A stretch of 64,000 nucleotides of DNA, from contig OZ024742.1 in assembly GCA_964016885.1 (NCBI GenBank), forward strand, positions 299,274,001 through 299,338,000. Reading direction: 5' to 3'. The stretch's first letter is position 1. Every line of letters begins with the position of its first letter. The notes beneath the pieces are model-generated. The model made no database searches, was not told the DNA's origin, and saw only the letters and a list, made by a program, of their open reading frames with translations. Shown here in pieces: positions 42,801-60,725 of the stretch. A program made the translations under genes and the position numbers. The stretch is from Eledone cirrhosa. Taxonomy: Eukaryota.

Positions 42801-45278
42801 TGCATTTATCTTGCTTTATGTTTATACGAGTTATCACCAAGTCACAACCAGTGACCTCAAGAGACAACAAGGTCCGCCATGTTCAAGAAAGAACACACAT
42901 ATTCACACATGCATCCTTAGTGTTTAGACTTGTGATGTACTTATATTGACAGGATCTTCCTTAGTATATGGGCAGTTCCCATTAGTACTATCTTTTGTAT
43001 TTCTCCTATACGCGGGTTTCCTGGGATTTGCGATAAGTAGTCGTTAGACCCCTTAGGTATCATTCCCAGAGCGCCTACAACCACTGGTATTGTTTTAGTT
43101 CTCAATTTCCACATTTTTCCAATTTCTATCTCCAGGTCCTTATACTTGCTCAATTTTTCAAATGTTTTTATAGATACATTCTTGTCTATTGGAACAGACA
43201 TATCAATTAGCAGGCATACCCTCCTTTGAAAGTCCTTCAATATTATATCAGGTCTATTTGCATCTATTTTTCGGTCTGTTTGGATGCTAAAGTTCCACAA
43301 GATTGAGATGTGATCTTTTTCAAGTATGGGAGGTGGTTGATGCTCCCACCAATTCTTTTGATGGGGCAGGTCAAAATGCTTACACATTATCCAATGTATG
43401 TATTGTGCAGCTCTGTCATGCCTGTTTAGGTATTCGGTTGGAGCTATGGGACTGCACATTGAAATTATATGGTCAATGGTCTCTGGTTGTTTTTTGCATA
43501 CACGGCATAGTGGGCTGCACCCATTTTTTATTATGTTGGCTTGGTAATTTTTTGTTGGCAGACACTGATCTTGTGCGGATATAATCAGTCCTTCAGTCTC
43601 CGATTTCAGTCCAGAGGATGCCAACCACTGATGGGTTAAAGTTTTGTCAACATCAGGATTGTTAGCTCGCTCTGGGTATTTTCCATACAGAGGCTTTTCT
43701 TGCCATTTCTTAGCCAGTTTCTGTAGCAGTTCTTTCTTTGCAGTTACTTTTACCTGCTTTGCTTTTTCTGTGTTTTCCATTTCAGCAGTAAATGGGACTT
43801 CTGAAATTTGTAGTCCATTACTGTATCTTTGTGCATCTTTTGTAATGGAATATGATCTTTTGGTGCTTTCGTGTTTCAAAACGAGTTTGATCATCCAATC
43901 ATGTGATTCCCTTAGATATGTGGATAATCCAATTGTTGCAGTTTTCAACGCAATGTCTAACTGGATTAACCCACGTCCTCCTTCTTTCCTAGGGAGATAT
44001 ATTCTATCTATGTCTGCCTTAGGGTGATGCATTCTGTGCATGGTTAAGAATTTTCGGATTTTTGTATCGAGCCTACGGATCTCTGTGCTTGACCAGTTGA
44101 TGACATTGTAACTGTAGGTTACTACTGGTATGGCAAGCGTGTTTATGGCATCGATCCTATTCCTTGCATTCAATTCCGTTCTTAAGATTGCTCTGACTCT
44201 GCGGTAACATTCCTTCCTTATCCTTTCCCTCATTGTCGAGTGCTTGATTCCGTCTCCTTCACAAACACCTAGATATTTGTAAGTTTGTTCTTGATCAAGC
44301 TCTCTTATCACGTTCCCCCGATCAAGATTAATGTCTGAACTCTTCAGCAGCTTTCCTCTGGTGAACGTTGCTTTGGCGCATTTATCCAGTCCAAACTCCA
44401 TTTTAATGTCATCACTGAACTGCTTCACAGTGGATAATAGCCCTTGCAATTGTTCATCATTTTTTGCAAATAGTTTCAGGTCATCCATGTAGAACAGGTG
44501 ATTAATGGTTTTGTCATAGACTCTATATCCATGTTTTGTTTCATTGAGCATTTTACTTAATGGTATAAGTGCGATGCAGAATAAAAGCGGTGATAAAGAG
44601 TCACCCTGAAAAATTCCACAATTAATGTTAACTTCTCCAGCTTCCAGTGATTTTGTTTCACTATTCAAAAGGAGTGTCGTTCTCCATGTCCTCATACTGA
44701 ATGACAAAAACCTCCTGACAACGGGGGATATTTTGAAAATCTCTAAACATTTTTCAATCCAACTGTGTGGCAAACTATCAAATGCTTTTTTATAATCTAT
44801 CCAAGCAATCGATAGATTTTTGTGTCTATTATGACAATCTTCCAGTATCATTTTGTTAACCAGAAGCTGATCCTTACAGCCATATGAGCCTCGTTTACAC
44901 CCTTTCTGCTCAATGGGAAATAGGTCATTTGTTATCAGGTGGTCATATGTGTATTCAGTTAGGACTGATGTTAAAATTTTATACATTGTGGTCAAGCAGG
45001 TTATCGGTCTGTAATTTTTGGGATTGTTTGTCTCATCATTCTTCGGTAGCAGGAATGTAATGCCGTTGACTAGCCATGATGGTATCTTTTCTGGCTCCTT
45101 AACTATTTCATTGTAAAGTTGGGCTAACAGCTCATGAGACTCTGTGAAGGCATTTATCCAAAAGTTTTGTATTTTGTCTTTTCCTGGGGATTTCCATTTG
45201 CTGGTTTTTCTTAGAGCCAAGCGCAGCTGTTCAACTGTTATATTTTCCCATGTTTGTTCTTCAAGGTGAGCTGTTTCT
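42801..45278 (-). mobile_element. R4/Dong-clade RLE non-LTR retrotransposon, 5'-truncated, in (TAA)n
   Basis: Uninterrupted ~780 codons: WKSPGKD, YRPITCL, DYKKAFDS, GIFQGDSLSP, FYMDD, CCHC knuckle CRVC..ETIDHIISMC, RHD, PDIILKD..IDMSVP..K..KY; (ATT)n at both ends. Confidence 0.93.
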
Positions 45279-45287
45279 TTATTATTA

Positions 45288-45321
<34 letters not shown>

Positions 45322-45323
45322 CA

Positions 45324-45403
<80 letters not shown>

Positions 45404-45410
45404 GTCACCA

Positions 45411-45453
<43 letters not shown>
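45279..45453. repeat. (ATT)n microsatellite, Dong target
   Basis: Direct read. Confidence 0.95.
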
Positions 45454-45454
<1 letters not shown>

Positions 45455-45975
45455 GCTATTATGAAAGGATAGGAAAATTATTTCCATTTTGACATTTCCA
45501 TTAATCACTTACCCTGCAGCGCATAGTATGTTTTAAAAAGTTGTAAGATAATATATAAATGTATATGGGAAAATAAAAACATTAATGTATTCAAATTGTA
45601 AGATACAAGAACAACCGATAATTTCAGACTCAGCTAATAGAAGGAGAGTCGCCATTTGTATTCCATTTGTATTTTCTCTAACATGGTAATTGTGTATCAA
45701 CTGTCAACTGATTTCTAAAACACTGATCGAAATTAGTCTCTTCTCATTTTTAGATCAATCTATATATTAATTGATTAAATAATATACATACATACATATA
45801 TATATATATATACATATAATGTGTGTGTGTGTGTGTATGTCTGCATGTGTGAGTGTATGTGTGTGTGTGTGTGTGTGCATGTGTATTACGGGTTCAATCG
45901 GGTGAAACCACAGTAAGTAAGGTTTTCCTGATGATTTCCTTCGAATGAAACAGTTCAATTCAGTAGAGGTATTTC

Positions 45976-46034
<59 letters not shown>

Positions 46035-46141
46035 AACGGGGTCCTACTCGTTCCTATTACCCACTCTACTACCCTAAGTATTGAGTACTTTGGTGAGTTA
46101 TGGTCCATCTGGTTCCTTACCACATTTACTTCATTATATAT

Positions 46142-46327
46142 GGCGGTGGATTGGCAGTATCGGTGGAGGGTCGGACGCCATGCTTTCTAGCATAGTTACG
46201 CCCCTTTACGATCTGAGTTCAAATCCCGCCGAGGTTGACTTTGCCTTTCATCATTACGGGGTCGATAAAATAAAGTACCAGTAATGCACTGGGTAATTGC
46301 TGACCTTGTGCCTAAAGTCGAAACAAT
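46142..46327 (+). mobile_element. SINE family 1 copy
   Basis: Full head with B-box gagttcaaatcc, central motif and tail. Confidence 0.85.
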
Positions 46328-46431
46328 TATATATATATATATATATTCGTTTTTGAATTTGCTTTGCGAGATTTCTTATCTAAAGACGTGTGTTGAAACA
46401 GATATTTTTTATACTTGGGGGGGGGGGGGGG

Positions 46432-46668
46432 GGTTGCCAATAAAAACACACGCACCTGTTGTTTTTACACTTCAATTTATTATAAATGTTCAGTTGGTTC
46501 GTTCGATAACCTGAAGGTTGTTTATATATTGTCAAAGCTCTTTCGTCACACACCCTGTGACCTTCTCGGTGGATGTGCTTTTATTCTGTGTGTCTCTCCT
46601 TTGTTCTGTCCTACACCAACCGGAAATTTATAATAAATTGAAGTGAAAACCAACAGGTGCGTATTTTG
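46432..46668. mobile_element. Foldback pLTR remnant related to the PLE at 29039-29885
   Basis: Inverted ends acgcacctgttg..cacttcaatttattataaat; degenerate HHR on the minus strand. Confidence 0.6.
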
Positions 46669-46988
46669 TTATATATATATATATGTGTGAGTGTGTGTGT
46701 GTATGCATATATATATATATACATATATACATATATATATATGTATAGATATATATCTTATAGTTTGGGAGAGTCATGTTGCCAATAACAAAATGCGCAC
46801 CTGTTGGTTTTCATATATGTATATATGAATGTATGTATATATATATGTGTGTGTATATATGAAATAGCTCTAATCTCGTAGAAACCTTTTCTATATTAAA
46901 TCTTATTTTTTCACACTCTACCTATGTATTGAGTATCTTATTTACTATGATTACCCCCCTTTCTACTAAGGATCAACACACACACACA

Positions 46989-47105
<117 letters not shown>

Positions 47106-47221
47106 TCTCCAAATTGCCGACTGAACATGTAAGTGCTGTTACTCCCAAAATAATTTGTTTTCCGTTACTTCCCCTTCTGCCTCTTTTCTAACTTTGTATT
47201 TCTTCTTTTATTCTCATGTTA

Positions 47222-47257
47222 TCTTCTGATGAAGGAATAACGTCCGAAACAGTGAGA
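47222..47257 (+). ncRNA. Minimal hammerhead motif, cleavage site degenerate
   Basis: CTGATGA-agga(ataacg)tcc-GAAACAGT. Confidence 0.5.
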
Positions 47258-47429
47258 TTGTTTTTTCTATTATTTCAAGCGTTAAAATAATATGTCTTTA
47301 CTGTATTTTATCGTTTATTGTGTTGTTTTCCTTTTACCATTGCATACACACACATGTATACATACTCACACGCACATAGTCACAAGCACACACATTCACA
47401 CACACGCACACACACACGCATATATATTA

Positions 47430-48827
47430 GGGTCTTCCAGAATCCCACATTTTACACTAAAGTGTTTTTTTCTTAGCTCCCTATGCATTTTCTCCTGCCA
47501 TTTTGTATATTATCAATTTATAATGTATCTTTGATTATTTCAGACTAATTTAAGCTTTGCCTAATAGTTGCAAATTGGCAGAATAATGGTGGAAACCAGT
47601 GGCCTAGTTGTAGCTACTCGCTCCGTTGTGATGATCAAGAAATATTGCTCCTGGTGCAATATGTTAGATCCGTTTCATCAAACAAAATACCAACAAAGGG
47701 GGATGTTCTAAGATATTTCTTCTACCTGAAAGATGGTCCTATGAAACACGAAAAGCATGTGAGCTTCAATGGTGCTATTGCGGATAGGCTTGTGATGGAA
47801 GTAGTTAGTCAGTGGGAAAAAGCTGGTGTGGCGACTCAACGAAAAGAAAGACAAAGTGAAACTGAAAATTATGAACATGTACAGTGAATTTATAAAAAAA
47901 ACAAAGGTTCTAAGTCAAACAAAGAAAAGGAAGCACTATTTATTTCTGAATTGGATTCGTATTTCTACATTGCACATACTGATGCTGAAAAGAAAATTTT
48001 GAAAGACTGTCTTCGTAATAATGAACAGAAAATGGAAGATGCTACATTTCTCGAAGCCCTGCGTTGCCAGAAAAAAGTATCTCTGGGTGCTGAAAATAAG
48101 GGTTACCAGAAAAAGGTATCTTCAAAGTTTAAGCGTGATCAGGTTTCTGTGGCTCGTCGAGAGTCCGAGAACCATAGAAAACGTTTGTCAGGATCTGTAG
48201 CAGCACAACTTCCACGTAATGAACTGAGTGATTCAAGTTCAACCAATGATGAAACTGGAGATGAACAGGATCCTGAATTTCAGGCCTCAAACCCACCCAG
48301 AGACAGCTCAAAGTCAGACAAGAAACGAAAAATCCAGCTGGAACTCCCAAAGAATCCATTTCAAAGTTCAAAGATTTCTCTAATGGCTGATCGTTTAAAC
48401 CTGACACTGGGACAGAGAACATCATTTATTTATAGCATCGATTATTTCTGAGGTTGGGACTGACATAGACACCACAGCTCTCTCCAAGAATAATAGCAGA
48501 CGTGCAGCTAAGAAGATCAGAACTGTGGGGGCTGAACACAAAGGAACAATTTGTTGTACCAGACTTTATTACCTTGCATTTGGATGGAAAAATAATTCCT
48601 GGTAACTACGAGAGTCTAGGTATGCTAGTTGCTGGAACTCCGGACTTCAGAGAAGGTAAACTCCTCGGTGTTCCCATAATTCCTGATGGCACTGGAACCA
48701 CCCAAGCTAAAGCATCATTTGATCTTGTAGAAGATTGGAATGTTGATGGGTCTGTGGAGGGCTTGGTCTTCGACACAACTGGATGGAAAAATGGTGCCTG
48801 CGTGAAACTAGAAGAGATGCTCAACAA

Positions 48828-48830
<3 letters not shown>
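47430..48830 (+). mobile_element. DDE DNA transposon 5' half, pseudogenised (superfamily uncertain)
   Basis: ORFs 47645, 47951 and 48502: IPTKGDVLRYF..., LHLDGK..LLGVP..GTG..EDW..LVFDTTG..NGAC..LE; start approximate. Confidence 0.7.
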
Positions 48831-52440
<3,610 letters not shown>

Positions 52441-52481
52441 AAATGAAAATCCGAAGGCAAGGTAAAATTCCAATCATTTAA

Positions 52482-52555
52482 TCACGACACATGTTTCAAT
52501 AAGAGATAAATCGATTGTGAAGCCACGATCGATTATCACTGAACTCATCAGGTAA
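52482..52555 (-). ncRNA. Type I hammerhead ribozyme with long stem II
   Basis: RC: ttac-CTGATGA-[gataatcgat..atcgatttatc hairpin]-GAAA-catgtg-TC-gtga. Confidence 0.65.
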
Positions 52556-53100
52556 AAATGAATTGTCTTCAAATTCTTGATATGAAGGAGTAAAAAATAT
52601 AACGATGTTTCCTCACATAATTCATTCCCTCATATGGAGACACACCAGTCAGTCAGAGATAGGGCGACTGCTATTAGCTTAAATTGAGGTCATAAAAGTT
52701 TTCAGACTTCCATCGCTGCAAAAGACGCTGGACATCGAACAAATCCGTAGGGATGAGGTCAGTCAGTTAGACGTGAGTGGGTACACACACACTCCACACC
52801 CGCATACATCGGCTCGAGGTCAAAGAAAAATAAAAATAAACATAAAAATAAATACATATATATACACACATCAACACAGTATTAAACCCGCAGAATTAGC
52901 GTGGGTGGGTACACACACACTCCAACACACACCGAATGCCTTCGGATTTTCATTTTGATACTTAAACTCAGTTTTACATCATCTAGCTGTTCCCTCGAAT
53001 GTAATTGGAGATATACAAAAGCGTGGAGAACTTAATATTGCTAACAACAAGATATTGGACCATTTTACACAACCAATATTGCACCTTACTATATAACAAC

Positions 53101-53163
<63 letters not shown>

Positions 53164-53223
53164 TATATATATATATATATTATATATATATATATATATT
53201 ATATATATATATATATATATAAC

Positions 53224-53270
<47 letters not shown>

Positions 53271-53334
53271 GATTGGTGCTCTGAAATAGCGATGTAAGCA
53301 TGTATGTATAGTATATAGCGATGTATACATGTAT

Positions 53335-53490
53335 GTATAGTATATTTGGCAATATACCGTATTTTTTATTAAAACATTTTGAAGACCGTAAAAAGAAGTA
53401 AGTGACATAGTCACTACTTTAAAAATGATAGCGCAAGGTCTTCAAACAGTTTTTAATTAAACATACGTTATATTGCCAAATATACTATAT
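53335..53490. repeat. Imperfect hairpin element
   Basis: tatagtatatttggcaatata... / ...tatattgccaaatatactata. Confidence 0.75.
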
Positions 53491-53497
53491 ATACATT

Positions 53498-53530
<33 letters not shown>

Positions 53531-54894
53531 TTAGAAACACACAGATACATGCGGACACACACATATATACATGAATGCATCCGCACCCAACCGTGAGTTA
53601 AGGGTGCCAACTTCACCGATGTTGCTCAATGAATGACTGGGACAGACTAATTCAGTTTGAACCAGACTGAACCAGTATCAGAGTTAAAAATACATTATGA
53701 AGAGAGAAGAAACATTTAGATATAATTAGTAATAAAATGTATCATACCTAAACTATTCCTAAATTCCTCGACTACGTAGTTTCGTGGCATAAACAAAAAC
53801 AATATATCAAAGACATAGGGTCCTTGCGAGGTCTGCCGACTTATCAAGAGGATACCTCATTTTACTAGTCTCAAGAACGCGTCTACACGACGTGAGAAAG
53901 AATCCCAAAAGGCGGAGGGGGAGACAGTCACGCGATATAACAGTCGAGAAACAGAGCTAAGCCTCTTATAACCACGAAGAAAATACCACGGAGGCGGAGG
54001 GGGTATTCCGTGGTATTTTCTTCGTGGTTATAAGAGGCTTAGCTCTGTTTCTCGACCGTTATATCGCGTGACTGTCTCCCCCTCCGCCTTTTGGGATTCT
54101 TTCTCACGTCGTGTAGACGCGTTCTTGAGACTAGTAAAATGAGGTATCCTCTTGATAAGTCGGCAGACCTCGCAAGGACCCTATGTCTTTGATATATTGT
54201 TTTTGTTTATGCCACGAAACTACGTAGTCGAGGAATTTAGGAACAGTTTAGGTATGATACATTTTATTACTAATTATATCTAAATGTTTCTTCTCTCTTC
54301 ATAATGTATTTTTAACTCTGATACTGGTTCAGTCTGGTTCAAACTGAATTAGTCTGTCCCAGTCATTCATTGAGCAACATCGGTGAAGTTGGCACCCTTA
54401 ACTCACGGTTGGGTGCGGATGCATTCATGTATATATGTGTGTGTCCGCATGTATATGTGTGTTTCTAAATATATTAATAACTCCCTCTGGTCGAGCAATC
54501 TTTGAAGTGTGGGGACAACTGGAAAGCTTCCATTACTCATACTTCTCGCCTTCTTCACTACCTCTTCTACGGCCTCGATATGAATACCCCCTCCGCCTCC
54601 GTGGTATTTTCTTCGTGGTTATAAGAGGCTTAGCTCTGTTTCTCGACCGTTATATCGCGTGACTGTCTCCCCCTCCGCCTTTTGGGATTCTTTCTCACGT
54701 CGTGTAGACGCGTTCTTGAGACTAGTAAAATGAGGTATCCTCTTGATAAGTCGGCAGACCTCGCAAGGACCCTATGTCTTTGATATATTGTTTTTGTTTA
54801 TGCCACGAAACTACGTAGTCGAGGAATTTAGGAACAGTTTAGGTATGATACATTTTATTACTAATTATATCTAAATGTTTCTTCTCTCTTCATA

Positions 54895-54898
<4 letters not shown>
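53531..54898. mobile_element. Family A array: one inverted partial unit plus 1.5 tandem 591-nt units
   Basis: 53531-54007 (-) head-to-head with 54008-54898 (+); HHRs at 53765-53852 (-), 54147-54234 and 54738-54825. Confidence 0.85.
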
Positions 54899-54944
<46 letters not shown>

Positions 54945-55060
54945 ATAATAATAAATTTGAAGACTAAAATCCAAAGAGGGCTCGATAAGGATAATATATA
55001 TATCAGAAGATCCCGTTAAGGGTGAAAGCACCGATTCTTTGCTTAAACTTTAATCTGTTA

Positions 55061-55178
<118 letters not shown>

Positions 55179-55597
55179 ATGATTGATAGATAGATAGATG
55201 AGTATAGTAATAGTATTTTTAAAAGTATCCTTGTTCTCCCTTGTTTTTCGTTATAAATGAACGTATTAAATGCAACATAATAAAGCAGAACTTTCCACTA
55301 ATGATTGTAAACTGTCTTTCTCATACACAACACATCCTGGCTAGATTATCAATATTTCTGGATATTCTTGAATTGTAATTCTCCAAATCCTCTGACTTTC
55401 TTACTAAAATTTGCGTATATCGTGAGATGAATTTTAATTAGGTTATAATAAAAGAAGACATCAAATTAGCTAAGTGATTAGGACGTCAGATTAAATAACA
55501 CGGTAAACTTTCCGCCTCGCTTCACTCTGGGTTTACATCCCACTGAAGTTAACTTTTTCTTTCACTCGTCGTCGTTGTCGTCATCGTCATCATCATA

Positions 55598-55681
55598 TTC
55601 TTCTTCTTCTTCTTCTTCTTCTTCTTCTTCTTCTTCTTCTTCTTCTTCTTCTTCTTCTTCTTCTTCTTCTTCTTCTTCTTC
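55598..55681. repeat. (TTC)n microsatellite
   Basis: Direct read. Confidence 0.95.
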
Positions 55682-55931
55682 CGTGGTAAAGGCACATATA
55701 GTAATTACAGTGAATTTTTAAAAATTCATTTTAAAATCTTTTCTTTATTTGTTTTCCCTTGATTTTATATGTTCTGGCTTGTTAATTTATTAACTTGCCA
55801 TTGAACCACACTTGCATACCGTCGGACTATACTTGAATCCCAATGTGTATTATTTACATGTAGGAACACATACTTTTATTATATTTATATATATATATTT
55901 ATATGTATTCATATATATATATATATGTATA

Positions 55932-56044
<113 letters not shown>

Positions 56045-59000
56045 TATGTGTGTGTGTGCGTCTGTGTGGGTGTATGTGTGTGCTTATCTTCAGATTGTCC
56101 TCATCATAATTAAGTATTTTCAGCACAGTGAATACTATAGATGGTTTCTTAGTCTTGCTTATACCATCCTTATATCCATTCAATGCATTTTAAATCTATC
56201 CAATTCTTGATATTACCCACCCACATAATTTAGGGCTTTCTTTTTTCTTTTCCTATTCGTTTTGCTTTCTATTAATCATGTCTTTGAACATTTATTCTTC
56301 AAATTAAAATTTCCAAAATATTCAAGTTCTTCGTCTTTGATAATGTCAAATAAAACGTTCTTAGGTTTTTGCCAGTTTTAGAATGGAGAAATATTAAATA
56401 TATGTATTTGCTGTTGGTGTTTTATTTTAATATATTATTTAGTGTGAGAAGGAAGAGCAGTATTTCTGACCTTTACATGTACACTGTGACTGTTAAGGTT
56501 AATGCATCTGATATTCAACATCTAAAGATTGATGCCTGTAAGGGAAACTTACGTGGCGAGATTACTTGTAATGAGACACAGATCCGTGGGATAGATGTAT
56601 GGGAGAAATATTTATTTTGTAATTTGCAATCCGTTGCCTGGTTTAACTCCGCCACCATGATCTCTGGTGATTTTCGTAGAGTTGCGACCATTCAGGTACG
56701 TCTCCTGACTCAGAACAACTTCCAGTTTTTCTTTCCAAGTCTCCGGCATCCCCCAACACGCCGTGGAGTCTGCTCATAATCCAACTAAATCATTACAAAA
56801 TACATAATATGTATGACGAGGGAAGTAAATGTGTGTACTTCGGGTGTAACATACTTTGCTAGTTTAAAGGAGCAGAAACTGAAGTAGCGATACAAAAAGA
56901 GTAATATTACACAAAGAGGAAGTAGTAAGAACTGATTATTGAGGGGAAATATTGTATCTAAGACAGAACGGAGAAACATCAAAGTGTTAACAAATCCGAG
57001 AACAAAGCATCATTAGCATAGAAGGCTATTCTACATCTCCCAACTGTAAAAATAATAAAAAGATCCTCCGTCTATCTTAACTAGGATTATTCCGCTTGTT
57101 CGATCAACTAACCCACCTACATGATGAAAATCTGGCACCCTTAACGTATTTATATATAAAATTCAATTGGCACGCCGAAGTGCTTCCAGATAATGTCCCT
57201 CTATCCAGTTTCACTCACCATACATGGGCTTGACTGGTGGATATGGTCAAATAGATTGGATGAAAGTTTTCGTAGTAGGATTAACCACAGAGCCTCATGA
57301 TTGCAAATCAGCCTACGTATTCTTTTACATAGGTATGAAGAACATTGAAGAGAATCTGTTAGTGCAATAGACATATAAAACTGTTGAAGGTGATAAAGTG
57401 AAGAGATCATCCATCATAATACTAATTGTCTCTAAGACAAACAAAAGATCACAAATATGTGGGCAGGGAGTAATCGATTGAAACGATTCCGGTATTTGAT
57501 TGATCCTTTATTTTATCAACTCGGAAAGGATAAAAGACTAAGTTCATCTCGACTGTGTCGTAACTAAAAGCGGAAAAATATTTTATCGGGCATCCGAACA
57601 ATTCTGCCAATTCACTGCCCTCTAGCTGTGAAATAATAATTCTTTCTTATTTATGCAGAAATGTAGCAATTTTGGCGGAAGAAAAAGTAGATTAAATCAA
57701 CCCAAGTACATATAATGCTGATCGATAAGGTAGATCTTGGTGATATTTAAATTCAAAACATAAAACCCAGATGAAATACCACAACACATTTTTTCAACAC
57801 GCTCTAACGATTTTTCCAATCCACCACTATCACGTCTCGGCAATTTAAAAAAATAATGCAGTTATCATTGCGTACTACAGAGATACATGCTACTGCCTCT
57901 CGCAGAACTCTTCTTGTATAATCGATACCCAATAACGTTATACACAATATCTCTACTCACACCATATTCAATACAATCGCAATCTAACACTGAATTTCAT
58001 AGTGCAATTCACACAGCGTATAGTCTCTACAATTATCATCCGTACCGGATTTACATATGAGTTAAATGGACTGTAGCCTCACAGTTCAGGATCCCCGATT
58101 TGTTTTAAATATATATTAAAATAAATATTAAAATATAATTATGAAACGAATTTTTTGTACATATTTATCTCATTTTCGTTGGGTATCAATTCTGTGTTAG
58201 AGCTCAGCATGGATGAATACTGGAATCACAGCCCTTGTCTGTGTAGTTCTAAGTCTGTTTTCATTAAAGTTCTTGCGAATATGTTGGAGACACCGGATGT
58301 TCTCTAGCCTCCAGTCTCAGGTTGCTTCAATCTTGACATGCTCAAATCTTAGACACATAATACAACTACCAATCAATATTATTCAAAATTATAACGCAAT
58401 TCTCAAAGCAATCAACACCAACTCATTGGGCATATTCTGCACACAAGAAGCGAGAAGAATATTAATATAATACCAAATACAACAATACAAAATATATGTA
58501 ACTTAGAAAGAATCTATTCACCGAGAGGGACAAATCCTGTTACAATTTGTACTATTTCTGATGATGAGAATAAAACGAAAGTGGAATAAAGAGAAGAAGA
58601 AGAAGAAGAAGAAGAAGAAGAAGAAGAAGAAGAAGAAGAAGAAATTTATGATTGATGACGACGAGGATTATGATGGTAATAAAGAACGTTATTCTAATAG
58701 AATCTGTTAGAACACGAAAAGTGTGAAACAACAGAATGTTCACTTTTCGTGTTCTAACATTCTAGCTTCTTTAAATATTTTTCGGGGATAGCCGTGGTGG
58801 TGGTGATCGTATGTCATTGGCTAATTTTCAACCAATCAGAGTACCTCTCTCTATATCTCTTCCACTGTTACTTACGCCTGTTTCTCTCTATCTGTTCCGT
58901 CTCTATATATATCTCTTACTCTTTCGCTTTGCACTCCTCCCCTTCAATACCATCTCTCCCCCTCTCTATATATTTGTTACTCTATCGCTGCACGCTCCTC

Positions 59001-60135
59001 TCCTTCAATATATCAATTACACACGCTTTACACTCCTTTATCCCCAGCGCCCCTATATATACACCCCCCCTCTCCCGCATCTATATTTTAATGTACCGTT
59101 GCACCGTGAATATATGTGTCTATATATATATACATATATATATACATATATATTGTATATACACATTCATGTATGTGTATACACACTCATGTATGTATAT
59201 ACACTGGTTTTATGTGTGTATTGTAAATTTGTACTGTTAAAACACGAAACTAACATTCGATTGACACTTTGATTACCTGTACAGGCAATAGTTATTAGAA
59301 TGCTGTTGAAGTGTGTATATATTTTTTGGGGACATCCTGTATATACACACATTATATATAATACAATAAACAGATAAATACACACATATATATATGAGCT
59401 TATTTAATTATAAATATTGTGAATTTTTAACTCAGTTCAATTATATATATAAATGGCTTCTACAGGACTAGAACTGTTTCATTCGAAAGAAATCATCATA
59501 ATATTGAGAGGGGGGACTAGATAAAATATTTCAAATCAAATGTGTATAAGTTGTAAGTTAAAATGTATAAATAGAGACGATAGTGGAGGTATATCTGTTT
59601 AGTGGAACAGTAGACGATAGAATTAAATACAGACGATAATCTCCCTTTAATGAAACAGCAGACGATAGAATTAAGGCAATTTAAATTTTAAGCATTTGCA
59701 TTTTTGCCTTTCATCGTTACGGGGTCGATAAAATAAAGTACCAGTAATACACTGTCACTAGACGACTTTCAAATTGAATTGTTGGTTCCATTTCTTTAGT
59801 ATTTTCAATTGTAGTTATCTACTTAAAAAGCGTTACACGGTTAGAGACATAATTCGTAAGTTATATCTTCCCTATTAAACCATTGCATTATTTCGCCTAC
59901 AATAGAACAAAAATGAAATGTTCTTTAAAGAAACAGGAATATAACTTTATAAAAAAAAAAGTTGCATCCGCTTCTTTTATCATTGATAATTTTTTCGTTT
60001 TAATATTAATTGTTTTTTGTAGTTGTTTATATTAAAAATCTTACTGTAATATTTACTTAAACGAAGGCAAACATCTAAACTTATAGATTAATCTTGAGCG
60101 AAGGACTAGATAAATCTCTCTCTCTCTCTCTCTCC

Positions 60136-60166
<31 letters not shown>

Positions 60167-60555
60167 AACGAAGAATGATAAAATTTCAAGCAAAGAGTTT
60201 AATTAGGTATATTTTGTAATATTATTAACTAATTATTATAATTAACGCGCATATTTTGCTATCCTCAAACACGTTTACACATGGCATGAAATATAACTAA
60301 TCCGAGATGGCTAGGTTTCATCTTCTAACTGGATATACGAAATCCATTGTCTTGACAACAACATGAGGTAACATTATGTTATTCACAGACACACTTTGTA
60401 CACTGTTCCATATCAGAATGTATTTCCTTCGTCACATTCACAAACAGTATTGAAAATATGTTCTTCGGCAAATAAAAATGTTTTGTTCATAATATTTCAA
60501 CTAGCGATTGCTCTACTCCACGCACGACCACCATAAATTAATGACCAGCTCAACA

Positions 60556-60725
60556 CAAGTATTGGTAGAGCGTCAGACACCATGCTTTGCAGTATTGTTA
60601 TGGTCCTTTGCATTCTAAGTTCAAATCCTGCCGAGGTTAACTTCGACTTTCATACTTACTAATTCGATAAAATAAAGTACCAGTAATGGACTGCCGTAAT
60701 GGATTTGTGCCGAAAAATAGAAACA
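60556..60725 (+). mobile_element. SINE family 1, diverged copy
   Basis: Similarity to the SINE consensus. Confidence 0.7.

Noticed and set aside
43303-44027. Plus-strand ORFs over the Dong element, and antisense ORFs over the PLEs
   Set aside because: Antisense shadows of retroelement coding sequence
45279-45508. Poly-Asn N-terminus of the 855-aa ORF
   Set aside because: It is the (TAA)n target site read as AAT; the element is 5'-truncated near 45278
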